In this document: positions 1 to 8,820 of the stretch, piece by piece
Position numbering within the stretch: position 1 is the first letter of the stretch
Layout: each line of letters opens with the position of its first letter
Source: a virus
Taxonomy: Duplodnaviria > Heunggongvirae > Uroviricota > Caudoviricetes
DNA length: 64,000 bases
Strand: one strand, 5' to 3'
IMG/VR virus record: IMGVR_UViG_3300028832_000098
Location: 81,241-145,240 of that record
Notes under the pieces: model-generated
The model's input: only the letters and a program-made list of their open reading frames with translations
Database searches by the model: none
What the model was told of the DNA's origin: nothing
Position numbers and translations under genes: made by a program

Positions 1-62
1 ATAATTTTTAGCAAGAAAATCCTAAGGTCTTTAGCCTTTGGAATGAATCGTACTAACCTTTG

Positions 63-200
63 TTATTATAAGTTTTTCTTATATATTTATTTTTTTTGAA
101 AATTCCTAAAAAATTATGCGTAATACCTCATTACCGTACCTTCATTAGTTTTCAGATTTTTTATGTCGACATCTACTTCCATACACACTTCTTTTTCCCA
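63..200. repeat. Copy 1 of a ~138-bp near-identical direct repeat (copy 2 at 20230..20368). It holds a remnant encoding the last 22 aa of a 20282..20662 paralogue plus the intergenic sequence that precedes the protease-scaffold start in copy 2.
   Basis: Direct comparison shows 4 mismatches in 138 bp. All 4 fall at third-codon positions of the minus-strand reading frame (identical peptide MEVDVDIKNLKTNEGTVMRYYA*). Homology stops abruptly at position 200. Confidence 0.85.
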
Positions 201-238
201 GATTCTTTATATATTTTCTAATAGTATCTTGATTTGCT

Positions 239-520
239 TTACCTATAGAACAAAGTATCCATCACTCCAAAATGTATGTTCTTTCCAAAATTCTTTTTAA
301 GAAAGTTGTAATAATTCAAACACAGATAATGGACACTATCTTGTTTGAGTTTTCTTACAATCGAAGTGACTGAAATATTTGGTGGATATGATATAAGAAG
401 ATGTATATTGCCTTTGTCTATCTCCATAACATCAATATCGAAATCAGAAGTTTGTAAAATTTTTGAAACAATTGTTTTACGACTATATCCAGTCTGTATT
501 GTAATAATTGTTTTCTGTAT
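239..520 (-). pseudogene. tnpA: Decayed IS200/IS605 TnpA (Y1 HuH transposase) remnant, divergent from tnpB
   Basis: Minus-frame translation ...TGYSRKTIVSKILQTSDFDIDVMEIDKGNIHLLISYPPNISVTSIVRKLKQDS... aligns to the TnpA core (YRRKVLV...DHIHIL..PP..SV). The first His of the HuH motif is replaced (NIH), there is an internal deletion, no in-frame ATG at the N-terminus, and the frame ends before the catalytic Tyr helix. Confidence 0.55.
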
Positions 521-649
521 TTACAAACAAATATTAAATGACATCTCAAGTAATATTTGTGCCTGTTTTTTGAAGTATAATTATTTAGAATAATTTTACA
601 AAAATAAAAGTTTTTTGTAAATTTATAAATATAGAAAGTTATAGTTACT

Positions 650-1846
650 GTGAAAACGATTTATAAGACATATAAGTTTAGAATGTATCCAAATACGGAA
701 CAAGTAGAGTTGTTAGGTAAGTATTTTGGATGCACTCGCTTCGTCTATAATTATTTTCTCAACGAACGTATGGAGCAATATAAAGCTACACAAAAGTCTG
801 ATAATTACTATGACCAAGCTAAGAAACTAACTCTATTAAAGAAGCATGAAGAATTTGTCTGGTTAAATGAGATTAACAGTCAAACCTTACAACATAGTTT
901 GAGACATCTTGAATCTGCATATCTTAACTTCTTTAGAGGAAATGCGAAGTTTCCAAGATTCAAATCAAGGAAAGACAGAAACTCTTTTGTAGTGCCACAA
1001 TTTTGTTCTGTTGTTGGCAATTCTATATCATTACCAAAATTCAAGTCTAATATAAAAATAAAGAAACATCAAGAAATATCAGGGAATGTACGTTCTATGA
1101 CAGTATCTAAAGATTGCGATGGAAAATATTATGTTGCTATTCTTACAGAACAGTTATATGAACCAATACAAAAATCTAATAAATCTGTCGGAATTGATTT
1201 AGGATTAAAAGACTTTGTTATTACGTCAGATGGAAAAGTTTACAAAAATCATAGATATACAAAGAAATATGAAAGAAAATTAAGTAAAGCACAGAGGCAT
1301 CTTTCTCGTAAGCAAAAAGACAGCCGTTCTTTTGAAAACCAAAGAAGAAAAGTTGTCAAGATTCATAAGAAAATTTCAAATTCAAGAAATGATGTATTAC
1401 ACAAGGTATCAACAGAACTTGTCAGAAACTATGACATAATCTGTTGTGAGAACCTTAACGTAAAAGGAATGATTAAGAACCATAAACTTGCAAAGCATAT
1501 TGCTGATGTCAGTTGGGGAACATTCGTAAACTATCTTGAATACAAGTGTGAAAGGGAAGACAAGACTTTAGTGAAGATTAACAGATATTTTCCAAGCTCA
1601 CAGACTTGTAGTGACTGTGGATATATCAATCAATCTATCAAAGACTTGGGTGTACGAGAATGGACTTGTCCTAAATGTGGTAAACACCACAATAGGGACT
1701 TAAATGCTGCTATCAATATCCTTAGAGAAGGATTAACAACTCTATCGGCAGGGACTGTCGATTACACAGGTGGAGACGATGTAAGACTTGCTTGCAAGCA
1801 ATTGTCTGCGAAGCCTGAAGCCCACAAATCTTTAGTTTGTGAGTAG
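650..1846 (+). CDS. tnpB: TnpB / IS200-IS605 OrfB family RNA-guided nuclease (RuvC-like domain plus zinc finger)
   Basis: 398 aa. RuvC-I GIDLGLKDF, RuvC-II IICCENLN, zinc finger CSDCG...CPKCG, RuvC-III HHNRDLNAAINI. The 3' end overlaps convergently by 15 nt with 1832..2551, and its ωRNA would be expected across 1700-2000. Confidence 0.9.
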   Translation: MKTIYKTYKFRMYPNTEQVELLGKYFGCTRFVYNYFLNERMEQYKATQKSDNYYDQAKKLTLLKKHEEFVWLNEINSQTLQHSLRHLESAYLNFFRGNAKFPRFKSRKDRNSFVVPQFCSVVGNSISLPKFKSNIKIKKHQEISGNVRSMTVSKDCDGKYYVAILTEQLYEPIQKSNKSVGIDLGLKDFVITSDGKVYKNHRYTKKYERKLSKAQRHLSRKQKDSRSFENQRRKVVKIHKKISNSRNDVLHKVSTELVRNYDIICCENLNVKGMIKNHKLAKHIADVSWGTFVNYLEYKCEREDKTLVKINRYFPSSQTCSDCGYINQSIKDLGVREWTCPKCGKHHNRDLNAAINILREGLTTLSAGTVDYTGGDDVRLACKQLSAKPEAHKSLVCE

Positions 1847-2551
1847 TTCATAAATCCAATGATAGCCAGATTTATCAAGTATGAATGCTATGTTCAAAAC
1901 GGTATTCAAAGCACAGTATTCTATCTCTGACTCTTCAGGCTTGTTGCCGAATAAATGTGGAAGCATCTCATCGGTATTGACGATTTTAACTGTAGAACCG
2001 AAATAATCATCCTGTATGCTGTAGTCATTATTCGCAAATTCGTCATAATGAGTTATTTCCATAAGCTCGTCGGCATTCTCCTCTTCATCGCATCTATACG
2101 CGAATTCATAGTTACCAAGCTCTACACCATTCTTAGAACTCTCATTGATAAACTGGCTGTAAGTAAGTAGCTTTGAGCTACCCTCGGTAAAAAGCCTGTC
2201 ATATACGACTTTCACCTTTTCAAGTTCGTCGACAGTAAACTTGAAGATGATATTGACGTACATCTCATCTTTCGTAACATCAACTTGCTCTTTATAATCT
2301 TGCAGAGCAAATACTCCGAATATACTCTGAGCGGCATTATACGCGTCAGACTTGATTTGCTTCAAATCATAATATTCCCGTTGAGGGTCTTCGTGATAAG
2401 ACAAAGTAATCGTCAGGACATCTGACTTGAAGCTGTATGTTTTCTTCGTATAGTAACCAACGATATTCTCAAGGCCTATCGCATCAGATACGACCTTACT
2501 AAGCTCGTCGAGAATATCTTTCATATTTCTGTCATTTATTTTCATAATCAT
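1832..2551 (-). CDS. hypothetical protein
   Basis: 239-aa ORF with no recognisable motifs; its 3' end overlaps the tnpB stop. Confidence 0.4.
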   Translation of the reverse strand: MIMKINDRNMKDILDELSKVVSDAIGLENIVGYYTKKTYSFKSDVLTITLSYHEDPQREYYDLKQIKSDAYNAAQSIFGVFALQDYKEQVDVTKDEMYVNIIFKFTVDELEKVKVVYDRLFTEGSSKLLTYSQFINESSKNGVELGNYEFAYRCDEEENADELMEITHYDEFANNDYSIQDDYFGSTVKIVNTDEMLPHLFGNKPEESEIEYCALNTVLNIAFILDKSGYHWIYELLTN

Positions 2552-3243
2552 AGTTGTTGTTTTAAAATGTAATTAACGGCATCTTTAATAACTTTGCTGG
2601 ATTCATCATACAAATAATCAGTATCATAAAATCCGCCAGTAACAGCATGTACTTCGATATTATAGGCATACTCAGTTTTGGAGAATATGAGAACCCCATT
2701 ATATCTTCCGTTATATGTAATAAGAATCGAGTCTGTCTTATATATCTTAGCTTCATACTTGGCTCTGCCTATATTAAACATTTCAACAAATCTACTGACG
2801 ATATTCAGATATTCAGGCAGCAAATCCTTGATTTCAGGCATTGACTTCATACTTGATTTTTTCTTCTTGTCTTCATCTATGACATTCTGAAGCCATTCAA
2901 GCAATATCTTATACATCTCGTCAGACATCAGTCTTAGTTTGCTTTTATCGGCTACATTTATAATTGTCGTTACGTACTGCAAGCCGTTTTCAAGACGTAT
3001 CATCGCATATATCGGATGCCAATCTTGTTCAGGGTATAACATTACAGACACAACTTTATCGACAGGCTCCAAAAGATTTTTGTCCTTCAGCATTGTCTGC
3101 AGTTCCTCGACCTCTTTTGTTATGACAGAACCATAGGAATCACTTCCGTATTCATCCATCATATTTTCAAGGCTGCTGTCATATTCTTTACGTATGTCTT
3201 TTCCTTCTTTAAGGAACTGATTATATGTCTTTAATTTTTTCAT
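2548..3243 (-). CDS. hypothetical protein with CTS-like N-terminus (MKKLKTYNQFLKEG)
   Basis: 231-aa ORF. The N-terminal peptide matches the family motif M-x-K-L-K-T-[FY]-x-x-F-[IL]-x-E. A conserved leader ACATAAAATTTTTAATGAT lies directly upstream of the ATG. Confidence 0.5.
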   Translation of the reverse strand: MKKLKTYNQFLKEGKDIRKEYDSSLENMMDEYGSDSYGSVITKEVEELQTMLKDKNLLEPVDKVVSVMLYPEQDWHPIYAMIRLENGLQYVTTIINVADKSKLRLMSDEMYKILLEWLQNVIDEDKKKKSSMKSMPEIKDLLPEYLNIVSRFVEMFNIGRAKYEAKIYKTDSILITYNGRYNGVLIFSKTEYAYNIEVHAVTGGFYDTDYLYDESSKVIKDAVNYILKQQL

Positions 3244-3261
3244 ATCATTAAAAATTTTATG

Positions 3262-5169
3262 TTATGCTTCTCCGTATGTTTTCACCTCAACACCAAGAGC
3301 GGCTGCTTTCTTCATTTTTCCGGATGTCGAAGACATATCGTCTGTAAACAGGATTTTACATTGCTTCCAGTCTGATGTCTCTATATATTCAGGATGCGCC
3401 GCAAGGAAAGCTGCCTTGGTAACATATCCGAATTCTTTCGGACTTCCTGTCATAATCACAGGTATCGCCGTCGACGCAGCGGCTGCTTCCGGAGCCATAT
3501 TAACTTTGAACAAATTCGCATACCCAATAATAGTCTGGTATTCCTGAGAATTCTCATCAAGAAGCCATCTCTTGACTTCACCAGGCACGCCTATGAGATG
3601 ATTTGACTTGTCGCCCTTGATAAACTTGGCACAGACATCGGCAGCTACCTTGCCGCACAGACGGAACTGCAGGGCAAGTATGATTTCATTAAGCGTCAGA
3701 GTCTTACGCCTTTCAGTAAGGGCATTTACGATATTCATTATCGATGTCCCTGTTCCGAAACGTTCCTTCATAAAAGCGATTGATTCATCTTTCATAAAGT
3801 CAAGGACATTCTCGATTTTTACATCCTCGCTTGTAAAGAACTCAGGCATAATCTTACGTATCGTCGCCTCTTTGAAATTTCTGATGTTTATCGCCTCAGC
3901 GCCTGCTATTACCTTTATGACAACTTTTTCTTCAGCAGACAAGTCAATCATAAGATGAGGTCCTTTAACGGTCACATTCTCGGTAGGAGCCATATTGTCG
4001 CCTCCGTCTCTTACGATTTCATACACAAAAGGAATTATATCGCCGGCAAGCGAAATCTTAATGATAGAACCAACTCCGACGTTATTGTCCTTAACATATC
4101 CGTAGTTATGCAATGACGCCTTGTTGATGTTCTTTCCGTCCATCTTTATCGTCTTGAACACAGCCTTCGGGAAAAGTTCTCCTGTCTTTCCAACATTCCA
4201 TTCTATCTCCGTGATTTCTGTCTCGAGGATACTTGGTTTGTATTTGATTGCGACGCAGTCGCTCGGACGCTGAACATCTTCCGTCTTGCGGTATTTCACT
4301 TCTGGTTTCAACACGAAGCCGTCAAGAGGGAATTTGTAATCCTTACGAACTTTCTCCATTTCTTCGTAAATCCTCGCGAATTCCATAGGACTGAGTTCTG
4401 ATTTCTTAAAGGTAAGCACATTGTATGCGCATATGTCATAGCCAGGAACCGTATTATAGTCAACCCATTGATATGAGCCTGACGGAGATACAAGCCTGAA
4501 GTCATACACAACTATTGACAAATCTTTCCTTATATCAAGCTGTTCCTGTTTTCCGTCCCATTTCTGACCGAACATGCCAGCAACGAATGCCCTTGTATTC
4601 GCGAATTTATCCTGATAGCCTGCGTTAAAGTCATTAAAGCTTATAAGAGCTTCTCCCCTTACTACGAGCTTCTTGCCTTTCTGCAGGAATTCCTTGTAAG
4701 GTATTTCGTCTACATAAGGACTCAGCCAGTGGCTTACATCCGTACCGTATTCACCATCGCCTCTTGTCGATATTCCTTCAACATTTCCTTCGTCATCGAA
4801 CACCACCTCAAAAGAACATCCGTCGAATTTCGGAGTTACCTCAATGATTCCATCGTCCGGAACATTTTGGAAATACTTGTTAAGGGTATCGATATATGAG
4901 TCAAAATGGGTTTGGCCGTCTGAACCTTCTTTTATCTGTATTTTCGAAAGGCTTCCCATTTTTATCGGATGCTTTACGGTATAATTATCAGAATGATGTG
5001 TACCTATATAGCCCTGATTTTCAAGACCAAGCTTTCTTTCGAGCTCATCAAATTCAGCGTCGCCCATAATGGGGTTGCCATTATAGTATGCGTCTTTCGC
5101 CTTATTGTACAGTTCAAGGTCCTCTTCCCTTGATTCATAAAATTGTTTGAATGTCTTTAAGTGTTCCAT
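3262..5169 (-). CDS. ligA: NAD-dependent DNA ligase (LigA-like) with CTS-like N-terminus (MEHLKTFKQFYES)
   Basis: Adenylation motif KFDGCS (KxDG), TRGDGEYGTDVS (compare LigA TRGDGTTGEDIT), and an N-terminal LigA-like AYYNGNPIMGDAEFDELERKL. The ORF track begins at an upstream TTG; the ATG at 5169 is the likelier start. Confidence 0.8.
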   Translation of the reverse strand: MEHLKTFKQFYESREEDLELYNKAKDAYYNGNPIMGDAEFDELERKLGLENQGYIGTHHSDNYTVKHPIKMGSLSKIQIKEGSDGQTHFDSYIDTLNKYFQNVPDDGIIEVTPKFDGCSFEVVFDDEGNVEGISTRGDGEYGTDVSHWLSPYVDEIPYKEFLQKGKKLVVRGEALISFNDFNAGYQDKFANTRAFVAGMFGQKWDGKQEQLDIRKDLSIVVYDFRLVSPSGSYQWVDYNTVPGYDICAYNVLTFKKSELSPMEFARIYEEMEKVRKDYKFPLDGFVLKPEVKYRKTEDVQRPSDCVAIKYKPSILETEITEIEWNVGKTGELFPKAVFKTIKMDGKNINKASLHNYGYVKDNNVGVGSIIKISLAGDIIPFVYEIVRDGGDNMAPTENVTVKGPHLMIDLSAEEKVVIKVIAGAEAINIRNFKEATIRKIMPEFFTSEDVKIENVLDFMKDESIAFMKERFGTGTSIMNIVNALTERRKTLTLNEIILALQFRLCGKVAADVCAKFIKGDKSNHLIGVPGEVKRWLLDENSQEYQTIIGYANLFKVNMAPEAAAASTAIPVIMTGSPKEFGYVTKAAFLAAHPEYIETSDWKQCKILFTDDMSSTSGKMKKAAALGVEVKTYGEA

Positions 5170-5214
5170 AATCTTTCTCAAGTTTTTAGATAAAAATGTT
5201 TTAATTCTGTTCTT

Positions 5215-5688
5215 TTATTTTTTACAATGATTCTTTACAAAGGTCGCAAATTTTTCTAAGTCATAGTAACGTTTCTGATATATTCCGACAGCACCTACCT
5301 CGTATGTTACATAGACATCTTTGTCTGGAGTAGCGATTCCTGTCAGTTTCTCAGATTGTCTTAACGATGTCTTACTTACGACAGCATAAGTGCTTCGATA
5401 TGAAGTCCATAGACCGAGATATTTATCTATAAGCTCAATCTGTTCGTCGCTGTAACCTTCTTTTCTCAGTCTGACTTTATCCCAAGAAGATACGTGGTAG
5501 TCTTCGAAACCCCAAGCTATTTGAGGTGCTCTAAATTCGCGCTTGTATAATTCTTCACCATTCGGTACGAATATATATCCTCGTTCGCGTTTTCTACTAT
5601 CTTTTTTGACAACATAATCATTGATTTCGTTATCCCAGCCAGAAATAGCTTCATTGATAAAACTTTTGAAAGTCTTTAATTTTTCCAT
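5215..5688 (-). CDS. hypothetical protein with CTS-like N-terminus (MEKLKTFKSFINEA)
   Basis: Start trimmed to the ATG at 5688. The first 14 codons are nearly identical at the DNA level to those of 6892..7740. Confidence 0.5.
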   Translation of the reverse strand: MEKLKTFKSFINEAISGWDNEINDYVVKKDSRKRERGYIFVPNGEELYKREFRAPQIAWGFEDYHVSSWDKVRLRKEGYSDEQIELIDKYLGLWTSYRSTYAVVSKTSLRQSEKLTGIATPDKDVYVTYEVGAVGIYQKRYYDLEKFATFVKNHCKK

Positions 5689-5689
5689 A

Positions 5690-6160
5690 TTATATTTCAG
5701 TTTCGGCACCAAGCCAGTTTGACATCGTTATACGGTTCTTAACGGCAAGAGCTGCTATCCTCGTATGATACTTTTTGTTAATAAATTCGGTTATCGCTGT
5801 AAGTAAGGTATTGTCATTCATCATTTTTTTCATGACCTCTCTTTCGGCATTCGTCCTCGAACCAGACAGTTCAGAACTATAAAAGCTTTCATCTTTAAGC
5901 CTTGCCCTTGCGTCTATGACTATAACGCCATCAGATTTTCTTGAACCTATCCAAATAATTAAACGAGCCTTATCTGTGTCTACTGTATATTTTGAAAGGT
6001 CAAACAAGTATTCAGTATTATTCAGCTTACGCATCTTCTCATCATATTCCTCAACAGATACCTTCCATTTAGGTTCCCATTCAATGATGAGGTTCGTCAA
6101 GTCGTCAAGACTTACGGACTCTTTTAAGAACTTGCTATATGTCAGCAATCCCTTACTCAT
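5690..6160 (-). CDS. hypothetical protein with CTS-like N-terminus (MSKGLLTYSKFLKES)
   Basis: 156-aa ORF tightly packed in the same operon. Confidence 0.45.
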   Translation of the reverse strand: MSKGLLTYSKFLKESVSLDDLTNLIIEWEPKWKVSVEEYDEKMRKLNNTEYLFDLSKYTVDTDKARLIIWIGSRKSDGVIVIDARARLKDESFYSSELSGSRTNAEREVMKKMMNDNTLLTAITEFINKKYHTRIAALAVKNRITMSNWLGAETEI

Positions 6161-6165
6161 GTCGC

Positions 6166-6741
6166 CTACAGTTTTACATAGATATGATACTTGCCTACAG
6201 TATGGTTGTCATACTGCTGGTATATCGCAAGCATATCATCATTATACTCTATCTTCATGAAGCCTTCGATTGCTTCTCCTTCTATGGTCTCGGAGTAATC
6301 GTAAATGACATGTTTCGCGATACCATTCATAAGGTCGACTGTCGCCATGCCGCCCCAATGCGTATTTTTAGATGAATATAGTTTCGTGTTTATCATCGAA
6401 CCTTGCCCAATTCTCTTCAGGAAAGTATAATCACGAACGTTTTTCTTCTCAACCCATTTATCTATAGCCTGAATTATTTGTATATCAGTTTCAATCTTGG
6501 ATATTTCTTTTAATCTAAGACCTTTATACTTGTCGGATGTCTTAGATACAGCATATAAATCTTCAAGTGTTCTTTCTTCCCCTTGAAATGGCTTTTCAAA
6601 GAAAGACTCATAAATGGAATCGCTTATTACACTTGTATCAGCTTTCAAGAATCTTCCAGCATCATCTGATTCAGCAATTACCTGATTATAAGTCTTTAAG
6701 ACAAATCCTTTATTTTCAGAAATTTCTTTAATTTTTTCCAT
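6166..6741 (-). CDS. hypothetical protein with CTS-like motif at residues 14-25 (LKTYNQVIAES)
   Basis: 191-aa ORF, preceded by the TTGTTTTTTATATAAAAGCTTAAAAGATT leader. Confidence 0.45.
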   Translation of the reverse strand: MEKIKEISENKGFVLKTYNQVIAESDDAGRFLKADTSVISDSIYESFFEKPFQGEERTLEDLYAVSKTSDKYKGLRLKEISKIETDIQIIQAIDKWVEKKNVRDYTFLKRIGQGSMINTKLYSSKNTHWGGMATVDLMNGIAKHVIYDYSETIEGEAIEGFMKIEYNDDMLAIYQQYDNHTVGKYHIYVKL

Positions 6742-6891
6742 AATCTTTTAAGCTTTTATATAAAAAACAATATCTACAATCTATTTATGGTTTTCCCGGT
6801 TATTTATATTCAGATTCTATGCGAAGCTACTCGATAAAAAGAAAGTGTCAAAGAATTTCACTCTGACGTTCTCTTTTCATATTGTCTTACT

Positions 6892-7740
6892 TTATTGTTT
6901 TATATCAGGTTTATATTCCTGCTTGATTGGACAATTAACGAACATATCCCTGCATATTACTTCTTTCGAAACATTCCAATTTGAAATATCTTGGTTGAAA
7001 GATTCAGTATAATGAAACATAGCTTCCATATCTTCTACATTTGAAACATCCCAGTTTCCAATTGGCTGATTAAAACATTTTGCAAAACTAAACATGCTTC
7101 TCATATTTTTTACATTTGAGACATCCCAGTTTTCAATTGGTTGATTGAACTTCTCTGCTCTATGGAACATAAAAGGCATATAATAGGCATTTGAAATATT
7201 CCAGTTTCCAATTGGCTGATTGAAGCTTTTTGCAGCACTAAACATACTTCTCATAATTTTGACATTTGAGACATCCCAGTTTTCAATAGATTGGTTGAAC
7301 TTTTCTGCAGCACTAAACATACTTCCCATATCCTCTACATTTGATACATTCCAGTTTCCAATAGGTTGATTGAAACTTTTTGCAGACATAAACATCATTC
7401 CCATATCTTTTACATTTGAAACCTCCCAGTTTTCAATAGATTGATTGAACTTTTCTGCACTACTGAACATTCTTCGCATGTTCGTCACATTACTTGTATC
7501 CCATTGTGATATATCACCATTAAAACTTCTGGCAAATGCAAATAAATGGCTCATATCAGTAATCCTTGATGTGTCAATATCATTAAAGTCACCTTCAAAA
7601 CCTCTCTCCTCTATAAGAGCTTCCATAAGCAATTTCAATTCATCTCTATCTTCAGGATAGTACTTTCCATTATTTTTTCTGAAAGCATTCAAATCAATAC
7701 TTTCTTTGATGAAGCTTTTGAATGTCTTTAATTTTTCCAT
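6892..7740 (-). CDS. DUF285-type (Mycoplasma/Bacteroidota surface 26-residue repeat) protein with CTS-like N-terminus (MEKLKTFKSFIKES)
   Basis: About 8 tandem repeats of FNQPIxNW[DN]VSNVxxMxxMFxxAxxFNQ; preceded by the TTGTTTTTTATATAAAAGC motif. Confidence 0.6.
   Translation of the reverse strand: MEKLKTFKSFIKESIDLNAFRKNNGKYYPEDRDELKLLMEALIEERGFEGDFNDIDTSRITDMSHLFAFARSFNGDISQWDTSNVTNMRRMFSSAEKFNQSIENWEVSNVKDMGMMFMSAKSFNQPIGNWNVSNVEDMGSMFSAAEKFNQSIENWDVSNVKIMRSMFSAAKSFNQPIGNWNISNAYYMPFMFHRAEKFNQPIENWDVSNVKNMRSMFSFAKCFNQPIGNWDVSNVEDMEAMFHYTESFNQDISNWNVSKEVICRDMFVNCPIKQEYKPDIKQ
6930..7578. repeat. Coding tandem repeats (~78 bp units) encoding DUF285 repeats
   Basis: Visible periodic repetition of ...cccagttttcaat[ag]g[ac]ttg[ag]ttgaa... 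units. Confidence 0.7.
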
Positions 7741-7794
7741 ATCTTTTAAGCTTTTATATAAAAAACAATATCTACAATTTATAGTTTTATCAGT

Positions 7795-8820
7795 TTACGC
7801 CTGTTTATAATATTCCTTGTACCATTCAACAAATTTATGCAGGCCTTCCCGTAAATCAGTTTTAGGGAAATATTGATAGTCATGGCCAAGCTTTGAGGTA
7901 TCAGAATACGTGACAGGCACGTCACCAGGCTGCATCTCTACAAATTCAAGATGTTCATCCAGCTTGTAGTTTTCCAGCAGCATTCCGAAATCCCTAAGTT
8001 CCTGATATAATATTGATATGAAATCAATAAGGTTTTCTGGGCGTCCTCTTCCGATATTGTATATGTTGTAAGGTATTCCATTCGATTTATCAGCAGATAT
8101 ATGTCCGCGATAGACAATACTCATAATGCCGTCCGTTATGTCATCGATATAGGTGAAATCCCTCACACAGTTTCCGTTATTAAACACTTTTATGCTCTTG
8201 CCTTTGAGAAGATTGTCGGTAAAACTGAAGTAAGCCATATCAGGCCTGCCTGCAGGTCCGTAGACGGTAAAGAACCTTAACCCTGTCGTAGGTATTCCGT
8301 ATAGCTTGCTGTATGTATGAGCGAACAACTCGTTACTCTTTTTGGTAGCAGCATATAGGCTGACAGGTCCGTCAACCTTGTCAGACTCAGAAAACGGAGT
8401 CTTTGTATTTCCGCCGTAAACCGAACTTGAAGAAGCATATATCAGATGCGTTACAGGATATTTACGACAGGCTTCGAGTATGTTATAGAATCCGATGACA
8501 TTGCTGTTCATATAGGCGTCTGGATTCGTTATACTGTACCTTACCCCAGCTTGAGCGGCAAGATTGATTACGATGTCCGGCTTGTATTCCTCGAATAGTG
8601 AAAAGACATAATCCCTGTTAGATATATCAGACTTTATAAACCGAAAGTTTTCGCTATGTAATGATTTTATCTGGTTCAGCCTGTATTCTTTAAGGCTTAC
8701 GTCATAATAATCATTCATGTTGTCTATACCGATAACATAGACATTTCCTATGTCAAGCAGTCTTTTGACAACATTAGAGCCTATAAATCCGGCAGCGCCT
8801 GTTACAAATACAACGTCCAT
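7795..8820 (-). CDS. NAD-dependent nucleotide-sugar epimerase/dehydratase (SDR family, UDP-sugar 4-epimerase-like)
   Basis: N-terminal Rossmann TGAAGFIGS, catalytic YAATKK (YxxxK), length 341 aa. Confidence 0.8.
   Translation of the reverse strand: MDVVFVTGAAGFIGSNVVKRLLDIGNVYVIGIDNMNDYYDVSLKEYRLNQIKSLHSENFRFIKSDISNRDYVFSLFEEYKPDIVINLAAQAGVRYSITNPDAYMNSNVIGFYNILEACRKYPVTHLIYASSSSVYGGNTKTPFSESDKVDGPVSLYAATKKSNELFAHTYSKLYGIPTTGLRFFTVYGPAGRPDMAYFSFTDNLLKGKSIKVFNNGNCVRDFTYIDDITDGIMSIVYRGHISADKSNGIPYNIYNIGRGRPENLIDFISILYQELRDFGMLLENYKLDEHLEFVEMQPGDVPVTYSDTSKLGHDYQYFPKTDLREGLHKFVEWYKEYYKQA

Noticed and set aside
345-593. 82-aa plus-strand ORF upstream of tnpB
   Set aside because: It overlaps the antisense strand of the tnpA remnant in the IS left-end region and has no motif. 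Likely spurious.
3262-5181. Longer N-terminal extensions given by the ORF track (MRKIM..., MVPKLKYNM..., MFIILYKAM..., MKTFLMNRRTG...)
   Set aside because: The track starts at TTG/GTG or upstream in-frame codons. The conserved ATG that begins the family peptide, or the first ATG after the upstream stop, is the more plausible start, so coordinates were trimmed.
6930-7578. Tandem DNA repeats considered as a CRISPR-like array
   Set aside because: The repeats lie inside an open reading frame and encode DUF285 protein repeats, with no spacer/repeat architecture. The same applies to 18820..19195 and 36300..36425.
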